This document shows positions 43,901-58,691 of a stretch of 64,000 nt of DNA, piece after piece. The DNA lies in contig OZ024755.1 of the NCBI GenBank assembly GCA_964016885.1, positions 6,944,001 through 7,008,000 of the forward strand, given 5' to 3'. Position 1 is the first letter of the stretch. Each line of letters begins with the position of its first letter. The DNA is from Eledone cirrhosa. Lineage: Eukaryota. The position numbers and the translations under genes are program-made. The notes beneath the pieces are model-generated. The model did not search any database. It saw only the letters and a program-made list of their open reading frames with translations, and was not told the DNA's origin.

Positions 43901-45000
43901 GGTGGTGGTGGTGGTGGTGGTGGTGGTGGTGGTGGTGGTGGTGGTGGTGGTGGTGGTGATGGTGATGGTGGTGGTGTTGGTGGTGGTGGTGTTGGTGGTG
44001 ATGTTGTTGGTGGTGGTGGTGGTGGTGGTGATGTTGTTGGTGGTGTTGGTGGTGATGTTGGTGGCGGTGGTGGTGGTGGTGGTGGTGGTGGTGGTGGTGT
44101 TGGTGGTGGTGTTGGTGGTAGTGGTAGTGGTGGTGGTGGTGGTGGCGGTGGTGGTGGTGGTGGTGGTGGTGGTGGTGGTGGTGGTGGTGGTGGTGGTGGT
44201 GGTGGTGGTGGTGGTGGTGGTGGTGGTGGTGGTGGTGGTGGTGGTGGTGGTGGTGGTGGTGGTGGTGGTGGTGGTGGTGGTGGTGGTGGTGGTGGTGGTG
44301 GTGGTGGTGGTGGTGGTGGTGGTGGTGGTGGTGTTGTTGGTGGTGGTGGTGGTGGTGGTGGTGGTGGTGGTGGTGGTGGTGGTGGTGGTGGTGGTGGTGG
44401 TGGTGGTGGTGGTGGTGGTGGTGTTGGTGTTGGTGGTGGTGGTGGTGGTGGTGGTGGTGGTGGTGGTGTTGGTGATGGTGGTGGTGTTGGTGGTGGTGGT
44501 GTTGGTGTTGGTGGTGGTGGTGGTGGTGGTGGTGATGGTGGTGGTGGTGGTGGTGGTGATGTTGTTGGTGGTGTTGGTGGTGGTGGTGGTGGTGGTGGTG
44601 TTGGTGGTGGTGGTGGTGGTGGTGGTGGTGGTGGTGGTGGTGATGTTGTTGGTGGTGTTGGTGGTGGTGGTGGTGGTGGTGGTGTTGGTGGTGGTGTTGG
44701 TGGTAGTGGTAGTGGTGGTGATGTTGTTGATAGTGGTGGTGGTGGTGGTGGTGGTGGTGGTGGTGGTGGTGGTGGTGTTGGTGGTAGTGGAGGTGGTGGT
44801 GATGTTGTTGGTGGTGTTGGTGGTAGTGGAGGTGGTGGTGATGTTGTTGGTGGTGTTGGTGGTAGTGGTAGTGGTGGTGATGTTGTTGGTAGTGGTGGTG
44901 GTGGTGGTGGTGGTGGTGGTGATGTTGTTGGTAGTGGTGGTAGTGGTGGTGGTGGTGGTGGTGGTGGTGGTGGTGGTGGTGTGGGTGTTGATGTTGGTGT
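43901..45000. repeat. 1.1-kb interrupted (GGT)n
   Basis: Direct reading. Confidence 0.95.
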
Positions 45001-45098
45001 TAGTTTTGTTGTAGTGTTGTGGTGGTGGAATTGGTGTTGTTGATAACGAGTGTTTTTTTTTAAAGAAATACGAGAGCAACCACCACCACCACTACCAC

Positions 45099-45151
<53 letters not shown>

Positions 45152-45152
45152 C

Positions 45153-45200
<48 letters not shown>

Positions 45201-45333
45201 TACGCCAATAATTTCTCGACTATAAAGTTCTTTCGATTATAAATACGTGTGTGCATGTCTATATATATATTTATATATATATATTTATATATATATATTT
45301 ATATATATATATTTATATATATATATATATATA

Positions 45334-45709
45334 TGTAAAGTTATATTTAAAATTGTTGGGTTACAACTAGTAAATATTTATAACTGATATAAAAGCACTC
45401 GACAAATATTTGGAGTATATTTACAATATTAAATAAATGGAAAACTATATTTATAAAACCATATCTATTTCATTATATATATTTCGGGGATATCATATTA
45501 ACAATATGCTATGCCTTCATCAGAGAGTAAACCTCTTCAAATGAAGTTGATGTTTATTACGGTATGTCGAATATATTTATCTATAAAACTGTTTATATTG
45601 TATTTTGTCTGATGAAGGCATAGCATATTGTTAATATGATATCCCCGAAATATATATAATGAAATAGATATGGTTTTATAAATATAGTTTTCCATTTATT
45701 TAATATTGT
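45334..45709. mobile_element. Family C2 fold-back element (- core 45468-45524; + hammerhead 45603-45664)
   Basis: Inverted arms of about 100 bp, hammerhead identical to 22973-23034, (TA)n flanks. Confidence 0.85.
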
Positions 45710-45717
45710 ATATATAT

Positions 45718-45778
<61 letters not shown>

Positions 45779-46139
45779 AATATATATATAGAGAGAGAGT
45801 GAGAGATACAATTATATACATTTAAATAGAATACACACATATATATAATTAGAATACACAGCAAAGCCCCCAATTTTATATATCAACGTTAGCTTGGTCC
45901 AAGTAATTGCAATTGAAAAGTTTTACTTACAGGAATTAAACTCGAAAATTCTAACCATCCTAAAACTACAAAGCCTAGCTGAGGGCACAAAAACTAACCC
46001 CTAAAACACTTAGAAAAACTGGGAGAAGATACCGAGAATTGAATCAAATGTTTAATAATAAAGTATCTGACTACTAGGTTTACCTGTATTCTATGAGATT
46101 TCCAAGATAATTGCGAGAAAAGACAAGCCACATAATAAT

Positions 46140-46545
46140 TGTTTCTGCTTTAGACACAAGGCCAGCAATTAACCAGTGTATTACTGGTACTTTATTTTAT
46201 CGACCCCGTAAGGATGAAAGGCAAAGTCAACCTCGACGGGATTTGAACTCAGAATGGCAAGGGCCGTAACTCCATGCGTCAAAGCATGGCGTCCGACCCT
46301 CTACCGATACTGCCAATCCACAATAAGGGTTTCTACTTTAGGCACAAGGGTAAATTTTTTGGGGGGGGGAGGGGCAAATCGATTAAATCGACTCTAGTGT
46401 GTTACTGGTACTTTATTTTATCGACCCCGTAAGGATGAAAGGCAAAGCTAACCTTGGGTAATTTGAACTCAGAACGTAAAGGGCCATAACTCTATGTCGC
46501 TAAGTGTGTTGTCCGACGCTCTACCGGTACTGCCAATCCTACCGT
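46140..46545 (-). mobile_element. Two tandem SINEs inside one 18-bp direct repeat
   Basis: gacaagccacataataat at 46122-46139 and 46546-46563. Confidence 0.85.
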
Positions 46546-47204
46546 GACAAGCCACATAATAATGATAAACCTGTGGAATCTGTTGAGATCACCAAGCTTA
46601 TTTCTTTCAGTAACTTGTCATTTTTAAGGTACATCGATGGAGCATTTTGCCCTGCAAATGGATGAATTAATTTTAAGGAATCGTGAAGCAATGGCGTATG
46701 TTAGGATTTTGGATTATAACCAACTCCAGTTTTAAATATTTTTTATCTGAAAGCTTACGACGGTCTCCAAAGTTGAGACTTATTTCATAAAACCAAACCA
46801 TATCCCATTCGGCATTTGGTTGCAATACAATACAATTTTGAGGACGCCTGCAAGATGAACTTGCATTGTAATAAAAGCTATCAACCATATCAAATGTACT
46901 TGAAAACCCTTTTCTTCGGGAACTTTGGGACAAAAGTAACGAAAAGCGTGAACGCCTAGCGAAGGAAACAGAAGTGCAATAGCTATCAAAAGATAATTGT
47001 TTTGCTCAGTTTAGGACTGTTTGGAAGAGTGTTGCGTCACTTCTGTATAGTAAACAGGTTTCTGAACATTTCGATGCTACCAGGTGTGAGGCATTTCAAA
47101 AGCTTAATGTTTTATTAAACAGAGAAACTTAATCTTATGTCTTGCAAAGAAACTTTTTTTTTTTTTTTTTTGCATTGGTTAGAATGTCTCAGGAAAGAAT
47201 CGCT

Positions 47205-47415
47205 GACAGATTTTACAGGCAAAACCAACTGGCAGGAGACCCAGGGTTAGACGCCGAGCAAGATGGTTGGATAACACCCATGAGCTTGGATGGTCTCGCT
47301 TGGAAGATCGAGCCGGATCAGTTGGAGAGGGTTGCTTTTGACAGGACCCACTGGAAGACGTGTTTGGGGACTCTACCCCACGACCCTCTCAGCAATAGTT
47401 GAGCGAAGAAGTAGA
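47205..47415 (+). mobile_element. RTE LINE 3' end
   Basis: KPTGRRPRVRRRARWLDNTH...VAFDRTHWK, then gaagaag. Confidence 0.75.
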
Positions 47416-47486
47416 AGTGGTGATGTCAGCTCCATTTCACTGACATCACCGTTATTCAATCCATAGGCCATAGGTGTCCCGGCTCT

Positions 47487-47582
47487 CAGCGGTCTGAGTT
47501 CAAATCTCGCCAAAGTCAACTTCGCCTTTCATATTTTCGAGGTCGATAAATAAATTATTACTTCAATGCTGAGAGTCGATTC
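47487..47582 (+). mobile_element. Diverged SINE fragment
   Basis: tctgagttcaaatctcgccaaagtcaacttcgcctttcat..ggtcgataaa. Confidence 0.75.
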
Positions 47583-47585
47583 TTC

Positions 47586-47628
<43 letters not shown>

Positions 47629-48227
47629 TATATATATATATATATTTCCTCTGTATATCTCCAGAAGAATTTGGCTATATCATATTCCGGCCTAGAGAGA
47701 GGTGGGCCCTACCAGATTTAAATACCGCGGATAAACCGATAAACCGTATCACGTTGGCGTTAAGGGGTTTAGGACCCATGAACAGCAAAAAAAGGTGTGC
47801 ATACCCATAGATTTTTATTTGTTTTTTTTTTAAATAATAAAAGAAAAAGTCACCACTCGTCTCCATGCCAATATATTTAACAAACCGATGACTTTTTACA
47901 TGTTTGCTCTAACTTTTTTATGCCCGTTTTTCTTTCTTTCTTTTAATAATTCCCTTTTATTCAATTTATTCGGTGTTTTTTTTTTATTCAAAGTTCACAC
48001 CAGTCAGTTTATTAATGCTGGGGACACACAAAATGGTTGTTGTTTTTTTTAAACATAGCAAAGCAGCCACACTGACGCTTCCACTAACCTCGCGTCACTG
48101 TAAGCTTTTCAACCGACACGTGGCACTAATGTTCAGGACGTGTGCATGACGCTGCGCCAAACAACAAAACACATCGCACTCTATATTTTGTTTCTATTTA
48201 CGTCTCTCTTTCACACTCACTAAAGCT

Positions 48228-48300
<73 letters not shown>

Positions 48301-48571
48301 ACACCCACTAAAGCTCTCTATCTCTCTTTCTCTCTGTCTCTCTCTTCACACTCACTAAAGCTCTCTATCTCTCTTTCTCTCTCTCTCTCTTCTTTCTCTC
48401 TTTCTCTCTTTCTCTCTTTCTCTCTTTCTCTCTTTCTCTCTTTCTCTCTCCCTCCTCTCTCTCTCTCTCTTGCTCTCCCTCTCCCCTCCTCCTCCCCCTC
48501 TCTCTCTCTCACACGTACACACACACGCACTAAATCTCTTTCTCTCTCTCACGTACACACACCCACTAAAG

Positions 48572-48624
<53 letters not shown>

Positions 48625-48690
48625 TCAAGCTCTGTCTCTCTTTCTCTCTCACTTACTTATGATCTTCGTTTCTCTCTCTTTCTCTTTCTA

Positions 48691-48842
<152 letters not shown>

Positions 48843-49159
48843 CTTTACTTTCTATCTCACCCCACACTCTCTCTCGTATGCACCGAGTCCCCGTGAAATA
48901 CAATTTCGTCTTCCTCGCATCACCCCCCTCTTTCTCTCTCTCTACCTCTCTCTCTCTCTACGTCTCCCTCTCTCTACTACCCCTCTCTCTCTACTTCTCC
49001 CCCTCTACACCATAAGACAACCATATCAACAATACAATATCTGCCTTACTTCATATTTTAACTGCCATTTCGAGGTCCACAGTTCAAATTTGTTGTTTGA
49101 AATACTTATAACGATCTCCTTGTTACTGCAATTCAGTTCCTAACATAAGTGAAGTACTA

Positions 49160-49378
49160 GGGTGGTGAGGGTAGAGAGGGCGGTGAGGGTGGTGAGGGTA
49201 GAGAGGGCCGTGGGGGTGGTGAGGGTAGAGAGGGCGGTGAGGGTGGTGAGGGTAGAGAGGGCGGTGAGGGTGGTGAGGGTAGAGAGGGCGGTGGGGGTGG
49301 TGAGGGTGGTGAGGGCGGTGAGGGTGGTGAGGGCGGTGGGGGTGGTGAGGGTAGAGAGGGCGGTGAGGGTGGTGAGGG
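49160..49378. repeat. G-rich 9/27-bp minisatellite
   Basis: Unit ggtggtgagggtagagagggcggtgag. Confidence 0.9.
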
Positions 49379-50202
49379 GGGTGGATTGGTAGTATTGGTA
49401 GAGCATCGGACAACATGCTTTACAGCATAGTGTTACGGTCTTTTACGTTCTGAGTTCAAATCTTATCGAAGTTAGCATTGGCTTTCATTCTTACGGAGCT
49501 GATAAAATAAAGTACCAGTTATGTACTGGCGTCGTTTTAATCGACAAAAATTGCACTAAAATTTCACTAAAATTTTGAAGAAAAATTTTACAGAATCTTT
49601 TCCTAAAAGTTTCAACTAAAATTTGTTCAAATTTACATAAATAATTTCATTAAATATTCATTAAATATTTTGCCAGAGATTTCACCAAAATGTTCTCAAA
49701 ATTTGGAAGGTTAACCTCTAGCTACTGATGGGTGATTGTATTGGTAGAGCGTCGAACATGTTTTACACCATATATTTACGTCCGTTTACGTTCTGAGTTT
49801 AAATCCCGCCGAGGTTTAAAATGCCATTCATTCTTACCAGGTTGATAAAATAAAATACCAGTAACCCACTGGAGCTCATTTAATTGATTCTTTTCCCCTT
49901 CCCTTTAAATTGTTCTGAGTTCAAATCCCACTGAAGTTTTAAATGCCATTTATTCTTACGAGGTTGATAAAATAAGGTACCAGTAACACACTGGGTCGAT
50001 TTAATCGACTTTTTCCACTTTTCATTCAAATTGTCCTCTTTCCGTTCAAATTGTTTTAATCCCACCGGAGTTTAAAATGCTATTCATTCTTACGAGGTTA
50101 ATAAAATAAAATACCAGTAACATACTAGGCTCGATTTAATCGACTTTGTACCCCTTCCGTTGAAATCGCCGTACTTGTGGCACAAGTCAAAACAATTGTT
50201 AT
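49379..50202 (+). mobile_element. Cluster of four SINE copies or fragments, the last three tandemly duplicated
   Basis: Copies at about 49379-49545, 49728-49900, 49912-50015 and 50055-50202. The last three share tttaaaatgc.att.attcttac.aggtt. Confidence 0.8.
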
Positions 50203-50498
50203 TACATTCTTTTTGTAGGAAAGCGAATAGAGTTCGGTGTGGATTAGTTCCATGTATTGTTCGATTTCCATAATAACATTATGTAATATATGAACGGCAC
50301 CCAACAGCTTTCTTCATTTGTTTAATTAATTATTCATTCACATAGTTGTACTTATACTATTGCGCAGCTGTCTGCCTTAGGCATGTGATGAGTTACGTTT
50401 CAAAATGACATTACATAATATTTGTACAATGTCTAGTACAGGTATTTGCTCTATGTTATGTATACGAGGAATTAGTTAGGGGGGTCTTATTCAGATTC

Positions 50499-50578
<80 letters not shown>

Positions 50579-50586
50579 GATACACG

Positions 50587-50617
<31 letters not shown>

Positions 50618-50630
50618 TCCTATACATATA

Positions 50631-50671
<41 letters not shown>

Positions 50672-50710
50672 CTATACATATATATATATATATATATATA
50701 TAGATACACG

Positions 50711-50744
<34 letters not shown>

Positions 50745-50816
50745 TTCCTATACATATATATTTATATATATATATATATTCCTATACATATATATATATA
50801 TTATATATAGATATAC

Positions 50817-50870
<54 letters not shown>

Positions 50871-50956
50871 GTATACATACATTTACTACCGTAAACTTTT
50901 GGTAGATTTATCTACATATATATATATATATATATTTATATATATTTATATATACG

Positions 50957-51040
<84 letters not shown>

Positions 51041-51341
51041 AGTGGAAGCTTAGTAATATCGATTTGCTTTGGGTGTGGCCAAGCAAACGACCTACAATTA
51101 GGAGTGAGCAGCAAAGTACTCGATAAGGTAGGCCCTTAGAGTAATAACATACGTTTAGACAGCTTGACAAATTAAAAATTGCGTCAGGTAAACCTAGCCA
51201 CGCAATACCAAAAACAACGAAAAAACTAATCAGGTTATATATATATATATATATATATATATGACCTGATTAATTTTTTCGTTGTTTTTGGTATTACGTG
51301 TATCTATCTATACATATATATTATATATTACATTATATTAC

Positions 51342-51390
<49 letters not shown>

Positions 51391-51392
<2 letters not shown>

Positions 51393-51893
51393 TAAAAAAG
51401 AGCAAGAAACCACGACTACCCGTCATCAGTGATCTTCTCGTTATCATCGGTATTTCTTCGCATTAAAGACCAGATACCTCAAGCGAGTGCGAACAATAAC
51501 TAAAATAAGTTATTGGGATAAAAAGAATGGGTGCAGAAAGAGAGACATGTAAACAAACAAAATGGTAAGGCAACGTGACCTGTGTGAAATCCTTTTCTCG
51601 CTTACATTTCGTTGGGTTTGGACGCGTCTTTTTTTCTTCTCGTCAATGATTTGCTAGTACTTAAGTTCACATGTATCACTGACTTGTTTTCTCATCTTCC
51701 TCTCTTTACGTTGCCTTACTATTTTGGTTGTTTACATGTCTCTCTTTCTGCACCCATTCGTTTTATCCCAATAACTTATTTTAGTTATTCTTCGCGCTCG
51801 CTTGAGGTATCTGGTCTTTAATGCGAAGAAATACCGATCATAGCGAGAATATCACTGATGACGGATAGACCTGGTTTCTTGCTCTTTTTTAAT
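51391..51893. repeat. Long inverted repeat (arms about 185 bp, spacer about 130 bp)
   Basis: 51391-51577 is the reverse complement of 51707-51893 with scattered mismatches. Confidence 0.85.
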
Positions 51894-52119
51894 TCATATG
51901 TATCACATTCGCAACAACGCAGCACGCCATTTTTCATTTATATATATATATACATATATCATGTTCTCACATGGTCCTGCGATTGTGCAGGTGAAATCCA
52001 CAGTAACAAGACCCACTGCTTTGCTATAATAAATGAATATTTAAACTCTACTTCGATATTGAGTATTTTTCTTACGCTCGTCAATAACACACGTATATAT
52101 ATATATATATGTATGTGTT

Positions 52120-52232
<113 letters not shown>

Positions 52233-52529
52233 GAAAAGTAAGAGAAGGATGGGTGGGAGGAAAGGAGGAAGTTCAAATCTGTTTCAGATTAATTCTCTGT
52301 TATGTATATGCGAGGTTCTAAAAAAGGTTTAATTCACTTGAGTAGCTTCTAGAATTTGTGTTTTGCTCGTTTATAAATCGTCCTTGATATTCTCTATGTT
52401 TATTCCTTCGTTCAATCATATTTATATGTACAAATACATACACTCTCACACTCATACATTTACTATGTATTCAGATAAAGTGAATATCTTTTGTAGCAGA
52501 TCACCATATCTAAGACGAAGTAACATTCA

Positions 52530-53110
52530 GCCAGACAAAACACCTATCCCTCAAAGAAGACCACTGTCCCTCAGACAAGACCATTATCCTTCAGATAAGA
52601 CCACTATCCCTCAAACAAGTCCACTGTCCCTCAGACAAGACCACTACTCCATAGATAAGACCACTATCACCCAGACAAAACACCTATCCCTCAAACAAGA
52701 CAACTACCCCATAGAGAAGACTATTCTTCCCCAGACAAGACCACTGTCCTTCAGACAAGACCACTAACCCATAGACAATACCAATATCCCTCAGACAAGA
52801 CCACTATCTCTCAGACGAGGCCACTATCTCTCAGACAATACCACTTTCCCTCAGACAAGATCACTAGCTTTTAGATAAGACCAGTATCTCTCAGACAAGA
52901 TAAATATCCCTCAGACCTGACCAGTATCTCTCAGACAAGATCAGTACACCACAGACAAGACCACTATCTCTCAGACGAGACCAATATCCCTCAGACAATA
53001 CCACTGTCCCCCACACAAGACCACTACACCACAGACAAGACCACTATCTCTCAAACAAGACTAATATCCTTCAGACATGACCACTGTCTATCAGACAAGG
53101 CCAGTATTTC
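52530..53110. repeat. 20-bp minisatellite, about 29 units
   Basis: Unit ccactatccctcagacaaga. Confidence 0.95.
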
Positions 53111-53555
53111 TGTAAAGATCATCCTTCCTCAGATAAAGTCCCTAACTCTTAGCCGAAAAAGATCTAATAAAGCTTCAGCTGTTGCCCTTCTTTTTATATT
53201 ATGTAAAAAGATTCATAGTTTTAAAATGTCTGACGTCCATCTTTGTGTTTCGCAACTTGTTTCTAAATCTGCTCTCAAACTATGACTGTATCTTTCTTAC
53301 ACCATCACCGACCTCCTAACAACAGCCTCACCAACTTATTGAACAGCATGTAGTTTTAGAAAACTTGATAGCGCCCACCACAGTCACAGCCACCATTCCA
53401 CTGTGTATGAGATGTAAATAGTATTCTGAGGTCATGTACAGCACCTTATGATTTCTAAGAACATGCAGTAAGCATAACTAGCAATATTTTACAAAGAAAA
53501 AATTACAACAAAAAAAAAACGGACTTTGCAGCTGCACGTGGGAGTTGCAGCGAAC

Positions 53556-53557
<2 letters not shown>

Positions 53558-53586
<29 letters not shown>

Positions 53587-53696
53587 AAGAAGAAGAAGAA
53601 GAAGAAGAAGAAGAAGAAGAAGAAGAAGAAGAAGAAGAAGAAGAAGAAGAAGAAGAAGAAGAAGAAGAAGAAGAAGAAGAAGAAGAAGAAGAAGAA
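53558..53696. repeat. Pure (AAG)n
   Basis: Direct reading. Confidence 0.95.
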
Positions 53697-53934
53697 ATTA
53701 TTAAAAAGAAAATACACAAAAAAATATGGAAGTGAAAAAATATAATTAAATTAAGAAAAAAAAATGACCGACAAAGATTAGAAAAGAAATATTCAATATA
53801 TATATAAGTTGAATAAAGAACGGAATAATGGAATAGGGAATTAAAAGAAAATGAATTGAACTGGAATCAAAGAATAACTAATAATGTTTTGGTTGAAATG
53901 TTGATCTAGAAAAAGGTAACGGAGTCAGTTAGGA

Positions 53935-54355
53935 GTGGTAGGGTGAAGGGCTGGCAGAGGGTGTGGTGAGGTGTAGGGAGTAGCATTGTTGGTGGTGGGG
54001 TGAGGAGCTGGCAGAGGGTGTGGTGGGGTGTAGGGAGTAGCATTGTTGGTGGTGGGGTGAGGAGCTGGCAGAGGGTGTGGTGGGGGTGGAGGGGGTAGTA
54101 TTGTTGGTGGTGGGGTGAGGAGATAGTAGAGAGGGGTGTGATGTGGGGGCAGTATTGTTCGTGGTGGGGTGAGGAGATGGCAGAGAGTTCTGGGGTGTGT
54201 GGAGGTAGTATTGAGGGTGGGGTGTGTGGAGGTAGTATTGGGGATGGGGTGAGGATAGGACTGAGAGGTATCGGGGTTGGGGATTGGAAAAGGGGGTAGT
54301 GTGCGATGAAGGCTGAGAATGGGTGAGAAAGTTGAAGGAGGGTGAGGAGCTGGCA
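53935..54355. repeat. G-rich degenerate tandem repeat, about 57 bp
   Basis: ggggtgaggagctggcagagggtgtggtggggtgtagggagtagcattgttggtggt repeated. Confidence 0.8.
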
Positions 54356-54948
54356 CATCGAGGGTAATGTTTGGAGGGGCGCTGGGGGAGGAGATGAGTT
54401 GCAGGCAGAGGAGTAGCCGTAGGGGTGAGTGGGTGGGTAAAAGGTGTCTTCGAAAATTGTTCATAAAAGAAACAAAAAAAATACAAGAAAAAAAATACTT
54501 AAAGAATTCTTTGATTGATATGTTGATAATAAAGAGATATAGAGGAGGCAGTGGTTAGTGCGGGTGAGATGGCTACACAGGGTAGAGAGTGAGGAATGTT
54601 TTGGGTGGTGAGGGCACTCAGGGTAAACTTCAGGACTGCAGTTATTTTAGTGTGTCTATTTGTGTGGTTTGATTGATTTCTAGTCCATTCTATTTAGTCA
54701 TTACATTTGAAATAATAATCTGCTCTGTCTCGTTCCAAATAATATAAAATAATACAACAAAAACAACAACAACAACAACAACAGCAGCAACAGCAAATAA
54801 TAATAATAATAACAATAATGAAGTGAATAGCGAACCAAAGTTCAAGGCATACCCAACTAACATTACATACATATACACACAGTTAAATATAAATATATAT
54901 ATACATAAACATATACATACATATATATATATGTATGTGCGCGTGTAT

Positions 54949-55050
<102 letters not shown>

Positions 55051-55159
55051 ATATATAAATATACATACATAAATAAAGATATAGATATATCTTATATATC
55101 ATCTACATATACATATATATATGTATATATATATAGTTCGGATGTATATGTATATATAC

Positions 55160-55196
<37 letters not shown>

Positions 55197-55235
55197 CATA
55201 CATAATTATACATATATATATATGCTTGCATGTAA

Positions 55236-55280
<45 letters not shown>

Positions 55281-55594
55281 AACATATTTATAAATATACA
55301 TACATACATACTAATACATACACATCCTGTCCCCTACGACTCCAACACACACGCACACACATACACACACAACACACACACACACGCACACATACATGCA
55401 CACCCGCAGGCGCCAGAGCCTCGGGGCTCCCCTGTACATACAATAAGACCTATGAGTAGGCAGGTGGCACAAGAGCGATTCTGTGGAGAGAACGGTGAAG
55501 TCGACTGTAAAACCTTCAATTGAAATGGCTTTGTCGATTTTTAGTCTCCATTTCAACTTTTATCGATCTGATTGATCTATTCTCTTCATTACAG

Positions 55595-55663
55595 AACGAA
55601 GCCATTCTTCCCAATTTTAAGATATTTGTTTTTAAGACTGATGATGGAGAATTGCTTCCCAGT
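55595..55663 (+). CDS. Candidate isolated 69-nt exon (NEAILPNFKIFVFKTDDGELLPS)
   Basis: Pyrimidine tract ttctcttcattacag| and donor |gtgagt, length divisible by 3, one open frame. No homology recognised. Confidence 0.3.
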
Positions 55664-55708
55664 GTGAGTATATATAAGGATCTATATGTATCTTTGTATG
55701 TGTGTTTT

Positions 55709-55765
<57 letters not shown>

Positions 55766-55770
<5 letters not shown>

Positions 55771-56145
55771 ATATTAATAAATGGAAACTATATTTATAAA
55801 ACCATATTTATTTTATTATATATATTTCAAGGGCAACCAAGGCAAATTATGGTGCGCTTTCGTCAGATAAAATGCAGATTTGTTTTATAAATAAATATTG
55901 ACATACCCGGAAAAAAAACAACCTTAACGATTGGAGCTTCCTGGATATTTTTATCTGACGAAAGCGCACCATAATTTGCATTGGTTGCCCTTGAAATATA
56001 TATAATAAAATAAATATGGTTTTATAAATATAGTTCCCATTTATTAATATATTGTGTATTTACTCCACTAATTTGTTGAGTGCTTTATATCAGTTATAAA
56101 AATGTTTAAGCTTGTTGAATCCCAACAAATTAAATATAACCTCTG
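55766..56145. mobile_element. Family C1 fold-back double-hammerhead element (- 55811-55872; + 55949-56010)
   Basis: ttttat-CTGACGA-...-GAAA-tatata-TA-ataaaa on both strands. Reverse homologue of 2755-3150. Confidence 0.85.
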
Positions 56146-56232
<87 letters not shown>

Positions 56233-56257
56233 CACATACATATACATATGCATATAC

Positions 56258-56288
<31 letters not shown>

Positions 56289-56408
56289 CGTATACATATA
56301 TATATACATATACATATATATATGTATATATGTATACATATATATATATACGTATACATATATATATATACATATACATATATATATATGTATATATATA
56401 TACATATA

Positions 56409-56500
<92 letters not shown>

Positions 56501-56502
<2 letters not shown>

Positions 56503-56705
56503 CGAAGGAAATGTGGTAAGGAACCAGATGGACCATAACGCACCAAAGTACTCAATACTTAGGGTAGTAGAGTGGGTAATAGGAACAAGTATGACCACGA
56601 CGGCAGAGCTCAAGCCGTTTCGACGGCTAATTCTGGACGCATATATGGGACCAGAATTAGCCATCGAAACGGCTTGAGCTCTGCCGTCGGGGTCATACTT
56701 GTTCC

Positions 56706-56706
<1 letters not shown>
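56501..56706. mobile_element. Family A fold-back element in (TA)n
   Basis: Arms joined by the loop acgcatatatggga. Confidence 0.85.
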
Positions 56707-56788
<82 letters not shown>

Positions 56789-56873
56789 ATATTAAATAAC
56801 TGGAATTAAATAAATGTATATACATATATATATATACATATATACATATATATATATATACATATATATATAC

Positions 56874-56960
<87 letters not shown>

Positions 56961-57010
56961 CAATGATATTAAATAAGTGGAATTAAATAAATGTATATAC
57001 ATATATATAT

Positions 57011-57055
<45 letters not shown>

Positions 57056-57057
57056 CG

Positions 57058-57168
<111 letters not shown>

Positions 57169-57201
57169 CTACCCGCCGAAATGCGATTCTCGCTAAATTT
57201 A

Positions 57202-57272
<71 letters not shown>

Positions 57273-58298
57273 TCCATTAATATTCTTTTAAATTCTTTAT
57301 AGTTTCTACCACAACCACAACAACCACCACAACCACCACCACCACCACCTCCACCACCACAACCACCACTACAACCACTACACTCTCAGTGTTGGTCCCT
57401 GTTGCTTCATCTTTTCACATCTGCTACCCCTCGCTCTCTCGCTCTCTCCAGCCCTTCCCACCATACTCTCCCTCCACATCAATCTAATTCACATTTGTCT
57501 TCATGTTATTCTATTCCTTATATTGCTGGGTTTCTACAGTCCTTTTTGTCTTTCTCTTCATTTCCACATGTTTCTAGTACTTTCTATTATTTTCTTCTAT
57601 TTTCATCACCATTATATTTTCCTCTGTTTTGTCATTCTTAGTATCTCTTTCATTCTTTCGTTACTTTTTTTGCTACTGTTTTATTCATTAAAATGACATT
57701 TTCATATATATATATATGTGTGTGTGTGTGCGTGTGTGTGTGTGTATATTTATATATATATATATATATATATTTCTTTATTTACCATAAAGGCATCATA
57801 TATATATAGAAAGAGATAGATAGAGATAGATAGAGAGAAGTGGAGAGAGAGTGTGTGTTTGTGTACATAGATAAATATGCGTATGCCTATATGTATGGTT
57901 GTGGGTGAGTGTGTATGAGTGCATGTCTGTGTGTGTATATATTTGGTGTGGGTGGGTGGTAGAGGAAGGTTATACCAATCACATGTTCCGAAGAGAGAAT
58001 GTTGGTACCGATACTAAACTGTAAAAGTTAAGGGCAGGTAGTGGTGAGGCGTGGGTTGGAGGTGTTGAATGGAAAGAGATTAATACAGATGGTGGGAGAG
58101 GGAGGAGAGGGGGATCATGTATGAAGAAGACTAAGAAGGAAAGAAAGAAGGAAAGAAAGTGTGTGGGGTGGACAAAATATGATGAGGACGGAGGGGGTGG
58201 GCAGAGAATATGAAAGGTTAGCAATGAACAGGTGGGGAGTGAGACACACACACATCTCTCTCTCTCCCTCTCTCTCCCTCTCTCTCCCTCTCTCTCTC

Positions 58299-58380
<82 letters not shown>

Positions 58381-58637
58381 AAGAGGGAGAAGATTTTGAA
58401 AGATGACTTGAAATCACAGCTGGTTAGGATCGAATCAGACAAATATTAAAATCAAACCAAACACCCACCCACACACCCACACACACACACACACCCACAC
58501 ACACACACATACACACACACACTCACACGCTCACATACTCACACAGACACACACACACAATAAGATGTAAAACAACACGAAACAAAACAAAACAACATAA
58601 TGTTCAAAATTCGTAAGTTCATCATAAATGAGTTGAA

Positions 58638-58690
<53 letters not shown>

Positions 58691-58691
<1 letters not shown>

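Noticed and set aside
43739-45079. Mucin-like poly-Thr and poly-Val ORFs (also 23391-24013)
   Set aside because: (GGT)n microsatellite with no flanking coding signal.
51851-51880. CTGATGA as a hammerhead core
   Set aside because: No stem II-GAAA follows it.
52530-53110. CRISPR-like regular repeats
   Set aside because: Contiguous 20-bp tandem units with no unique spacers and no cas genes, in a eukaryotic context.
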